Position numbers and translations under genes: made by a program
Notes under the pieces: model-generated
What the model saw: the letters and a program-made list of their open reading frames with translations, nothing else
Told to the model about the DNA's origin: nothing
The model's database searches: none
Shown here: positions 11,942 to 21,425 of the stretch, piece after piece
Numbering within the stretch: the first letter of the stretch is position 1
Layout of the letters: every line of letters starts with the position of its first letter
Source of the DNA: Mobula hypostoma
Taxonomy: Eukaryota
DNA length: 64,000 nt
Assembly (NCBI RefSeq): GCF_963921235.1
Contig: NC_086097.1
Location: forward strand, 71,488,001-71,552,000
Direction: 5' to 3'

Positions 11942-12876
11942 ATGTCTCCTGAGACGGTGATGTGCCTCTCATGTGAGATGTGGCAGTCTTGGGGGAACAC
12001 CCCTCTCCGGCACAGTCACATCTGCCAGAAGTGCATACGGCTGGGCGATCTGGAAGACCAGGTAAGGAATCTGGAGCAGCAGCTGGATGACCTTCGACTC
12101 ATAAGGGAGAATGAGGCAGTCATAGATGAGAGCTACCGGGAGGTAGTCACACCTAGGCTGTCGGAAGCAGGTCGTTGGGTGACAGTCAGAGGGGGGAAAG
12201 CGAAGGTGAGCAGACAGGTAGTGCAGAGCACCCCTGTAGCCATCCCCTGAATAATAAGTTTACCATCCTGGATACTGTTGGCAGGGACACAGCTGTGAGC
12301 CACAGTGGCAGGGCCTCCGGCACTGAGTCTGACCCTGTGGTGCAGAAGGGTGGGACAGAGAAGAGGAGAGCTGTCGTCATTGGAGACTCTATAGTCAGGG
12401 GAGCAGACAGGTGATTTTGTGGATGTGATAAGGACACCCGCATGGTTTGTTGCCTCCCGGGTGCCAGGGTCTGGGATGTCTCTGACCGGGTGCACGACAT
12501 CCTGGTACGAGAGGGAAAACAACCAGAAGTCATGATACGTGTTGGGACCAACGACATAGGCAGGAAGAGGGATGAGGTCCTGAAGTGTGAGTTTCGGGAA
12601 TTAGGCAGAAGGCTGAAGAACAGGACCTCAAGGGTGACGTTCTCAGGATTGCTGCCAGTGCTACATGACAGAGATGGTAAGAATTGGAGGAGATGGCAGT
12701 TGAATGCGTGGCTGAGGAGTTGGTGCAGGGAGCAGGGTTTTAGATTTTTAGATCATTGGGATCTCTTCTGGGGAAGGTGGGACCTGTACAGATTGGATGG
12801 GTTGCACCTGAACTCAAGGGGGAGCAATATCCTTGCAGGTAGGTTTGCTAGCATGGTTCGGGAGGGTTTAAACTAA
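11942..12876 (+). pseudogene. CR1 ORF1 (Cys/His zinc finger, coiled coil, SGNH/GDSL esterase), disrupted
   Basis: MCLSCEMW..HICQKC; LEDQVRNLEQQLDDL; VVIGDSIVR; VGTND; DGLHLN. Frameshift near 12243 and in-frame TGA at 12412-12414. Confidence 0.9.
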
Positions 12877-12959
12877 TTTACGAGGGGGATGGGACCCAGA
12901 GCGATAGAGCAGTGAAAGAAGTGCATGGAGTAAAGGCAGATCTAACATAGAGAGAGGCT

Positions 12960-15695
12960 TTGAGGAAAGAGAAGCAAAATAAACGGTGTAAAGACAGTAA
13001 GGTAGAAGGGTGTGTGTACCTCAATGCAAGAAGCATCAGGAACAAAGGTGTTGAACTGAGAGCTTGGATACATACATGGAATTATGATGTAGTGGCCATT
13101 ACAGAGACTTTGCTGGCACCAGGGCAGGAATGGATTCTCAATATTCCTGGATTTCAGTGCTTTAAAAGGGATAGAGAGGGCAGACAAAGGGGAGGAGGGG
13201 TGGCATTACTGGTCAGGGATACTATTACAGCTACAGAAAGGGTGGGTAATGTAGCAGGATCCTCTTTTGAGTCAATATGCGTGGAAGTCAGGAACAGGAA
13301 GGGAGCAGTTACTCTACTGGGGGTATTCCATAGGCCCCCTGGTAGCAGCAGAGATACAGAGGAGCAGATTGGGAGGCAGATTTTGGAAAGGTTCAAAAAT
13401 GACAGGGTTGTTATCATGGGTGACTTTAACTTCCCTAATATTGGTTGGCACCTGATTAGTTCCAAGGGTTTAGATGGGGCAGAGTTTGTTAAGTGTGTCC
13501 AGGATGGATTCCTGTCACAGTATGTTGACAGGCCGACCAGGGGGAATGCCATACTAGATCTAGTACTAGGTAATGAACCGGGTCAGGTCACAGATCTCTC
13601 AGTGGGTGAGCATCTGGGGGACAGTGACCACCGCTCCCTGGCCTTTATAATTATCATGGAAAAGGATAGAATCAAAGAGGACAGGAAAATTTTTAATTGG
13701 GGAAAGGCAATTTATGAGGCTATAAGGCTAGAACTTGCGGGTGTGAATTGGGATGATGTTTTTGCAGGGAAATGTACTATGGACATGTGGTCGATGTTTA
13801 GAGATCTCTTGCGGGATGTAAGGGATAAATTTGTCCCGGTGAGGAAGATAAAGAATGGTAGGGTGAAAGAACCATGGGTGACAAGTGAGGTGGAAAATCT
13901 AGTCAGGTGGAAGAAGGCAGCATACATGAGGTTTAGGAAGCAAGGATCAGATGGATCTATTGAGGAATATAGGGAAGCAAGAAAGGAGCTTAAGAAGGGC
14001 CTGAGAAGAGCAAGAAGGGGGCATGAGAAGCCCTTGGCGAGTAGGGTAAAGGAAAACCCCAAGGCATTCTTCAATTATGTGAAGGAAAAAAGGATGACAG
14101 GAGTGAAGGTAGGACCGATTAGAGATAAAGGTGGGAAGATGTGCCTGGATGAATACTTCTCTTCGGTATTCACCAATGAGAGGGAACTTGATGATGGTGA
14201 GGACAATATGAGTGAGGGTGATGTTCTGGAGCATGTTGATATTAAGGGAGAGGAGGTGTTGGAGTTGTTAAAATACATTAGGACAGATAAGTCCCCGGGG
14301 CCTGACGGAATATTCCCCAGGCTGCTCCACGAGGCAAGAGAAGAGATTGCTGCGCCTCTGGCTGGGACCTTTATATCCTCGTTGTCCACGAGAATGGTAC
14401 CGGAGGATTGGAGGGAGGCGAATGTTGTTCCCTTGTTCAAAAAAGGTAGTAGGGATAGTCCGGGTAATTATAGACCAGTGAGCCTTACGTCTGTGGTGGG
14501 AGAGCTGTTGGAAAAGATTCTTAGAGATAGGATCTATAGGCATTTAGAGAATCATGGTCTGATCAGGGACAGTCAGCATGGCTTTGTGAAGGGCAGATCG
14601 TGTCTAACAAGCCTGACAGAGTTCTTTGAGAAGGTGACCAGGCATATAGATGAGGGTAGTGCAGTGGATGTGATCTATATGGATTTTAGTAAGGCATTTG
14701 ACATGGTTCCACATGGTAGGCTTATTCAGAAAGTTAGAAGGCATGGGATCCAGGGAAGTTTGGCCAGGTGGATTCAGAATTGGCTTGCCTGCAGAAGGCA
14801 GAGGGTGGTGGTGGAGGGAGTACATTCAGATTGGAGGATTGTGACTAGTGGTGTCCCACAAGGATCTGTTCTGGGACCTCTACTTTTCGTGATTTTTATT
14901 AACGACCTGGATGTTGGGGTAGAAGGGTGGGTTGGCAAGTTTGCAGACGACACAAAGGTTGGTGGTGTTGTAGATAGTGTAGGGGATTGTCAAAGATTGC
15001 AGAGAGACATTGGTAGGATGCAGAAGTGGGCTGAGAAGTGGCAGATGGAGTTCAACCTGGAGAAGTGTGAGGTGGTACACTTTGGAAGGACAAACTCCAA
15101 GGCAGAGTACAAAGTAAATGGCAGAATACTTGGTAGTGTGGAGGAGCAGAGGGATCTCGGGGTACATGTCCACAGATCCCTGAAAGTTGCCTCACAGGTG
15201 GATAGGGTAGTTAAGAAAGCTTATGGGGTGTTAGTTTTCATAAGTCGAGGGATAGAATTTAAGAGTCGCGATGTAATGATGCGGCTCTATAAAACTCTGG
15301 TTAGGCCACACTTGGAGTACTGTGTCCAGTTCTGGTCACCTCACTATAGGAAGGATGTGGAAGCATTGGAAAGGGTACAGAGGAGATTTACCAGGATGCT
15401 GCCTGGTTTAGAAAGTATGCATTATGATCAGAGATTAAAGGAGCTAGGGCTTTACTCTTTGGAGAGAAGGAGGATGAGAGGAGACATGATAGAGGTGTAC
15501 AAGATAATAAGAGGAATAGATAGAATGGATAGCCAGCGCCTCTGCCCCAGGGCACCACTGCTCAATACAAGAGGACATGGCTTTAAGGTAAGGGTGGGAA
15601 GTTCAAGGGGGATATTAGAGGAAGGTTTTTTACTCAGAGAGTGGTTGGTGTGTGGAATGCACTGCCTGAGTCACTGGTGGAGGCAGATACACTAG
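12960..15695 (+). CDS. CR1 ORF2: APE endonuclease + reverse transcriptase (911 aa open; C-terminal frameshift near 15592)
   Basis: YLNARS, AITET, GGGVAL, MGDFN, LDLV, SDH (APE); KSPGPDG, YRPVSLTS, QHGF, DFSKAFD, GVPQGSVLGP, FADD (RT). True start uncertain. Confidence 0.92.
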   Translation: MRKEKQNKRCKDSKVEGCVYLNARSIRNKGVELRAWIHTWNYDVVAITETLLAPGQEWILNIPGFQCFKRDREGRQRGGGVALLVRDTITATERVGNVAGSSFESICVEVRNRKGAVTLLGVFHRPPGSSRDTEEQIGRQILERFKNDRVVIMGDFNFPNIGWHLISSKGLDGAEFVKCVQDGFLSQYVDRPTRGNAILDLVLGNEPGQVTDLSVGEHLGDSDHRSLAFIIIMEKDRIKEDRKIFNWGKAIYEAIRLELAGVNWDDVFAGKCTMDMWSMFRDLLRDVRDKFVPVRKIKNGRVKEPWVTSEVENLVRWKKAAYMRFRKQGSDGSIEEYREARKELKKGLRRARRGHEKPLASRVKENPKAFFNYVKEKRMTGVKVGPIRDKGGKMCLDEYFSSVFTNERELDDGEDNMSEGDVLEHVDIKGEEVLELLKYIRTDKSPGPDGIFPRLLHEAREEIAAPLAGTFISSLSTRMVPEDWREANVVPLFKKGSRDSPGNYRPVSLTSVVGELLEKILRDRIYRHLENHGLIRDSQHGFVKGRSCLTSLTEFFEKVTRHIDEGSAVDVIYMDFSKAFDMVPHGRLIQKVRRHGIQGSLARWIQNWLACRRQRVVVEGVHSDWRIVTSGVPQGSVLGPLLFVIFINDLDVGVEGWVGKFADDTKVGGVVDSVGDCQRLQRDIGRMQKWAEKWQMEFNLEKCEVVHFGRTNSKAEYKVNGRILGSVEEQRDLGVHVHRSLKVASQVDRVVKKAYGVLVFISRGIEFKSRDVMMRLYKTLVRPHLEYCVQFWSPHYRKDVEALERVQRRFTRMLPGLESMHYDQRLKELGLYSLERRRMRGDMIEVYKIIRGIDRMDSQRLCPRAPLLNTRGHGFKVRVGSSRGILEEGFLLREWLVCGMHCLSHWWRQIH

Positions 15696-16860
15696 GGAAG
15701 TTTAAGAGACTACTAGACAGGTATATGGAGGAATCTAAGGTGGGGGTTTATATGGGAGGCAAGGTTTGAGGGTCGGCACAATATTGTGGGCCGAAGGGCC
15801 TGTACTGTGCTGTACTATTCTATGTTCCATGTTCTATATTGGGTTTTATTATATTGGCGCAGGAGGCCACTGGCAAGGACAAGGGCAATTTGCGATGCCC
15901 CTGCAAAGCCCTCATCCCTTGAATGTATAAATTAAACAAAAAGGCAGATAAGTCAGAATGAGAGAGGGATGAAGGATTAAAGTGGTAGACAAACCCCTTT
16001 AGTAAGTGGTAAAACAATATTTGTTTTCTCCCTAGCGAGCACTGAATATAGCCCACCAGAATAAAAAAGGTGCAAGTGAATCACCGTTTCATGTGGAAGG
16101 ACTGTTTGGCACCCTGGGCAGTGGGAGGTGGAGAGGTCAACGGAAAGGTGCTGTGTCTCCTGCATGTAGCATGCCAGAGTTCATTGAGAAAGGGAGTAGT
16201 TGCTGGGTATGGAATGAAAATGTGTGGTAGAAGCTCATTGAAGATGGCAGAAATTGTGAGTCTTTACTCTCATTTGTGCCTTTAAAAAAGATGTAATAAT
16301 GTCTAAAAGAGTCACAGGCAAAGATGCATCCGATGTGTTACCTTGCCAACTCTGAGGTCTTTCCTCTTGTAGTACTTGTTTGTCAGCAGTACTGATGATA
16401 TGATATTTGGTACTCAATGGCAGGCCGGCCTTCCTTCATGGCAAGAGTGGATGGAGCTTTACAAGGCAAGTTCCAGCTCTCTCCTTACTGCTTTTACCAG
16501 TGGTTTTGTCGGTAGAGATTCTTGAAAATGCACTGTTTGATGAGACATCTAATGAAATGAGTGACACAAATATAACTTCCTTGGAATAGTTTGCGTACAA
16601 GTCTGCTATTGAAACATTTTTGAAAAAATATGTGCTCTTATCTCCATGAACTCAATAAGATTATATCTATTTAACATAGAAATTAGAGCAATAATTTTTC
16701 TGGAAAAATTACAAAGGAGCTTACAAAGTAAACTCATACATTAATCTCTCCTGACCACTCAGTGGTATAACTATTTCTCCCATTTGTTTAAAATAAACAT
16801 AAAATTATTGCAAGAAAATCCATTATAATTAAATATGCAAACATAAAATTACTGCTCAAT

Positions 16861-17019
16861 CCCTTACTCACTCTTCCTTCAGTTAGTCCTGACGAAGGGT
16901 CTCGGCCTGAAACGTCGACTGCGCCTCTTCCTATAGATGCTGCCTGGCCTGCTGCGTTCACCAGCAACTTTGATGTGTGTTGCTTGAATTTCCAGCATCT
17001 GCAGAATTCCTGTTGTTTG
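16861..17019 (+). mobile_element. 159-bp solo Penelope-like terminal repeat (young)
   Basis: Near-identical to 943-1099; perfect 15-bp direct repeat AAATTACTGCTCAAT (16846-16860, 17020-17034). Confidence 0.9.
16884..16921 (+). ncRNA. Minimal type-I hammerhead ribozyme
   Basis: TAGTC CTGACGA A GGGTCTCGGCCT GAAAC GTC GACTG. Confidence 0.8.
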
Positions 17020-17522
17020 AAATTACTGCTCAATATGATTTAGTGCACAACATTGCGGTGAGGGAAACACAGTAGTCATCGATGGCTAACAGCACTAAAA
17101 GTAACCAGATGTGGTTTATGGAATGTGGCAGAAAAGGAAGAAGGTGGTGATCCAAAAGGGAAGAAAAGAAATTGGTTTGTATTCTCCTTCTCATGATTTT
17201 GTCACGACTCAGTCATGGCTAGTACATTTCATCCAGCCTCATTAAACTTTGCCCCTTCTCTGACATTCTCAAATATGAAATCAGCCTCCGGCATTTCCGT
17301 TTCTACAGAATCTCTTGTAACAGGACTGGTTGTCCAGACACTATCAATGTTCTTAGACTTTGAAGTTACTTACCCTCTCTAATATTGCCAGATCCAGTAA
17401 TCCTTCTCTGAGCAGCTCCTGTGCATGTATTTGATTTCTTAGGAAAAGAATAACCAAATTATTTAACTCTGCAATTTCACACAAAATGTTATTTCTCAAC
17501 AACAAACAGCCTGTTCCCTATC

Positions 17523-18803
17523 ACAAACAAGAGAAGATCTGCAGATGCTGGAAATCCAAGCAACACACACAAAATGCTGGAGGAGTTCAGCAGGCCAGGC
17601 ATCTGTGGAAAAGAGTACAGTCGATGTTTCGGGCTGAGATCCTTCAGCAGGACCAGAGAAAAAAGGATGAGGAGTCAGAGTTAGAAAGGGGAAGGAGGGA
17701 GGAAAAAACACAAGGTGATAGGTAAAACTGGGAGGGATAGGGGTGAAGTAAAGAGCTGGGAAGTTGATTGGTAAAAGAGACACATGGATGGAGAAGGGGA
17801 AATCTAATAGGAAAGGACAGAAGGCCATGGAAGAAAGAAAAAGTAGGAGGAGCACCAAAGCGAGGCACTGGGCAGGCAAGGAGATAAGGTGAGAGAGAGA
17901 AAAGGGGACGGGGAATGGAGAAGGTGGGGGAGGGGGCATTACCGGAAGTTCGAGAAATCAATGTTCAGGTGTGACTCCCCCAGCCTGAGTGTGGCCTCAT
18001 CGCAATAGTAGAGAGGGCCTTGGATGGACATGTCGGAAAGGGAATGGAAAGTGGAACTAAAATGGGTGGCCACTGGAAGATCCTGCTTTTCTTGGTGGAT
18101 GGAACGAAGGTGCTCAGCGAAGCGATTTCTCAATCAATGCCTGGTCTCACTGACATACCAGATGCCATACCGGAAGCCCCGGGTAAAATAGATGACCCCA
18201 ACAGACTCACAGGTGATGTGTTGCCTCAACTGGAAGGACTGTTTGGGGCACTGAATGGTAGTGAGGGAGGAAGTGTAGAAGTGTAGCACTTGCTCCACTT
18301 GCAAGGATAAGTGCCAGGGATGAATGGACAAGGGAGTCACGGAATGCAGAAAGTGGGGGGGGGGGTGCGAGGGAAAGATGTGCTTGGTGGTAGGATCCCA
18401 CTGGAGATGCAGAAGTTACAGAGAATTATGTGCTGGATGCAGAAACTGGTGGGGTGGCAGGTGAGGACGAAAGGAACCTTATCCCTGGTGGGGTGGCGAG
18501 AGGATGGGGTGAGGGTATACGTGCATGAAATGGAAGAGATGCAGGTGAGGGCAGTGCTGATAGTGGAGGAAGGAAAGCCCCTTTCTTTGAAGAAGGAGGA
18601 CACCTCCTTCATTCTGGAATGAAAAGCATCATCCTAAGAACAGATACAGCAGAAATGGAGGAACTGAGAGAAGGGGATGGCATTTTTACAAGTAACAGGG
18701 TGGGAAGAGTTATAAAAGGAATAATGAAGGGTCACAGTCCGAAACAGCAACACTTTATTCCTTTTTATAGATGCAGTCTGACCTGCAGTATTTTGTGTGT
18801 GTT
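17523..18803 (-). mobile_element. Penelope-like element 3' part (RT thumb, Cys linker, GIY-YIG) with a short inverted arm at 18723-18803
   Basis: Peptides 'MKEVSSFFKERGFP', 'DKVPFVLTCHP', 'CESVGVIYF...YVSET', 'NRFAEHLRSI..DLPVATHF'; TYPCKWSKCY linker suggests Neptune-type; mutated hammerhead at ~17618-17655. Confidence 0.85.
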
Positions 18804-18924
18804 ACCAAGGTGCCTCATCCATTAACTCTTTCATTCCTGGAATCATTCTTGTAAACCTCCTCTGGACCTTTTCCAATGCCAGCATCACTTTCCATAAAGT
18901 TCCTTAAGATTGTTATAGCTGAGG

Positions 18925-19496
18925 ATGTTAATGAGGACAAGATCCTACTACCTATTAAATGCTCCCAATGGTGTGCACCTCAAGTAGCCTCCGACAACCA
19001 AGTCCAACTCCTGGCCTTCACATGTGGCTTAGCTACTAAGCCCGGCAGAACCGTTTCTACTGACAGGGGAAGGGGTGAAGGCAGGTTACTGGTGCCTTAA
19101 AACGAGTTGCTTTGGGCAGATGTGGCTCATTAGCCATGGTTGTCAGCTCATCTAGGAGAAGGAAAACTCTGATCTCAAACTTCCGCAGCCACTCATGGGG
19201 AACACATCAGGAGTAAACCCTGAGGGAAAAATCCAGAACTGGAGTCCCGAAGGCAGTTCTATATTGGGTTCAATGCTGACTGGAAACTCCTGCGATGCTG
19301 TTGGTACCAAACTGTATCAGTCTCTGCCGTTCCTTTGGGCTCATCAGCTGCATGGAGAGGGGGTGCTTGCTACATGAGCAACAGCTTGCCCTCCATATTA
19401 TACTGCCCGGGTCTGCATATCTACATAGCTAGAATGAAATATCTATGGTCGACTCTGACCGATAGAGACCTCAACAACTCAACAACTCAACAACAA
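18925..19496 (+). mobile_element. Non-autonomous RTE-type element (5'UTR-like part plus short 3' end)
   Basis: CATCTAGGAGAAGGAAAACTCTGATCTCAAAC motif of RTE-type 5' UTRs; ends GTCGACTCTGACCGATAGAGACCT followed by a CAACAACT/CAA repeat tail. Confidence 0.55.
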
Positions 19497-19604
19497 GTTG
19501 CTGCCTGACCTTCTGAGCTTCCCCCAGCATTTTGTGTGTGTTACTCTGGATTTCCAGCATCTGCAGAATCTCTTGTGTTTAGGCTGACTTGCCTCTGATG
19601 ATCT

Positions 19605-20020
19605 GGGTGTGTACTCACTGGAGTTTAGAAGAATAAAGGGAGCAATCTTATTGAAACCTACTAAATATTGAACAATCTGGATAGAGTGGACATAGAATGG
19701 ATGTTTCCAGTAGTGGGAGAGTGTAGGACCAGAGGGCACAGTCTCAGAATAGAAGTATGTCCCTTTGGAACAGCGATGAGGAGAAATTTATTCATCCACA
19801 GATGGTGAATCTGTGGAATTCATTGCTACAGACAGCTGTGGAGGCAAAGTCATTGGGTATATTAAAGCAAAGGTAGATAGGCTCTTGATTAGTAAGAGCA
19901 TCAAAGTTTGGGGAAAAGTCAGGAAAATGTGGTTGAGATGGAAAATAAATTAGCCATGATCAAATGATGTAGGCAGATTTGATGGGCCAAATTGCCTAAT
20001 TCTGCTTCCATGTCTGTGAT
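19605..20020 (+). mobile_element. CR1 3' fragment
   Basis: CTGGGTGTGTACTCACTGGAGTTTAGAAGAAT...GATGAGGAGAAATTT...GATGGGCCAAATTGCCTAATTCTGCTTCC. Confidence 0.8.
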
Positions 20021-20373
20021 CATATGTCTTTTTCCTATTCATCTACCTGAGAGGGATTACACTGCACCTCTTCTCCAAACTTGTCCCGTCTGTCTTTTCT
20101 TGCTTACAGCTGTAGTAATTACTGAAGCACTGCTGCTCTCCAGAGCAATTTACATAATCACTCTGGTGCATCTCATTCTGATCCTGGCCAACATAAATCT
20201 GTTTGTGAAGTACATCCACCCTGATACAAAACTAGATGCCATTTCCTAATGAACCTGGACAAGTCACCTGACTCTACATAAGCAGCCAGTTTCCTGAATT
20301 ATTCTGTGCCTCCTACCATTTATTAGTACTTGCCCTCATTCATGAGCACATCACCTCTGATTAAAAGGGAATA

Positions 20374-21425
20374 CAGTGGATTCTGGTTAATTGGGCAGCC
20401 ATTAATTTGGGACAACTCTCAAAGAATAAAAACTAAATCGAGAAAGTGGGCAGGATTCCCTTCATTTATTTGGGACACTATGCCAATTAATTAGGCCGGC
20501 TGGTGGCGCAGTGGCAACAGCGCCAGACTTCGGAGCGAAGGCTCCCGAGTTTGAACCCAGCCGGCTCCCCTGGCACGCTTTCCATCTGTGCTGGGTTGAG
20601 TGTCGAGCTAGCAACTCGACCTCGTAAAAAAGAAATTGTCTGCTACAGAAACATCAACAGCATAAAGTTGATGGCCTATGCTCTCTCGTGAGATTAAAAG
20701 GCAATTTCCTTTCTTTCCATGCCAATTAATTGGGACAGGAGACTGTTGCTGAACAGTTTCGAACTTGTGCCAGTCACGTACACTTGCGTGGCCGTTAGAC
20801 ACTATGCTGTGTTTACAGCAATCAATTTTTAAATAGTGTCAGTTGCATGTGCTGTGTTCTTAAAGCAGTGATTTTTGTCACAGATAGTTGAGGAGGGATA
20901 AACAGTAAGACAATTCAGAACTGTTTTGTTCACTGTGGTTTTAAGCATTTGGGGTTGGAGATGCCAGAAACAGCCAAGAGTGAAAACGAAATGATTTTAC
21001 TACTTCAACAGTTAAGAATTATGAACAATTTTTAAGGTTCTACAATCATCTTTAATGTTACAAAGATAACGAAGATTTGGAGGATGCAGTATGCTGAAGT
21101 ACTGTATGAAGGCCGTCCATTATTTGCACTAGGTGTCTGTGATTATGTTGTTCATTTTAGTCAATCAAAAGAACACAGCAGATAAATTCCTCTATCACTA
21201 ACTATTAGGAACTAATACACACTTCTATAGTACTGTAGAGGTATTGGTAGTGTTCCAATTTGTTCTGTATTTCATTTAAGTACATAAATAATTACTCACT
21301 TAAATGGTAGTTTGTCTTTATTTTAAACTTTTAACTATTTTTATGAAACTTCAGCTAATTGGGCAGCCACTTAACTGTGCAAAATATACTGGTCCTGATG
21401 TGTCCCAATTAATGGGAATCCACTG
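20374..21425. mobile_element. Tigger/pogo-like non-autonomous DNA transposon
   Basis: TIRs CAGTGGATTCTGGTTAATTGGG / CCCAATTAATGGGAATCCACTG, flanked by TA on both sides; homologous to 29866-30750. Confidence 0.85.
20493..20718 (+). mobile_element. tRNA-derived SINE nested in the DNA transposon
   Basis: A box TGGCGCAGTGG, B box GTTTGAACCC; 13-bp TSD ATGCCAATTAATT (20480-20492, 20719-20731). Confidence 0.9.

Larger units (their letters stand above)
11933..15837 (+). mobile_element. Near-full-length CR1-clade LINE (HER1-like)
   Basis: ORF1 plus ORF2, then 3' hairpin GGGCCGAAGGGCCT and tail TATTCTATGTTCCATGTTCTAT typical of CR1. Confidence 0.95.
11380..16240 (-). mobile_element. Old Penelope-like remnant interrupted by the CR1 element (pieces ~11380-11932 and ~15838-16240)
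   Basis: Terminal-repeat-like TGTTGGAAACACTCAGTAGGTCAGGCAGCACCTGTGG at ~11419. The right piece has GIY-YIG-region-like GTGAATCACCGTTTCATGTGGAAGGACTGTTTGG. Confidence 0.55.

Noticed and set aside
13154..15173. Several minus-strand ORFs of 70-130 aa
   Set aside because: Antisense shadows of CR1 ORF2.
17618..17655. Further hammerhead-like copies (also ~5950-5985, 30408-30443, ~49345-49379, ~51589-51621)
   Set aside because: Core nucleotides are mutated (e.g. CUGCUGA, AAAA for GAAA, AUC for GUC), so they are not called functional ribozymes.
20494..20570. tRNA-like sequences here and at ~29040-29115 and ~31042-31115
   Set aside because: They are SINE heads with bodies, tails and TSDs, not tRNA genes.
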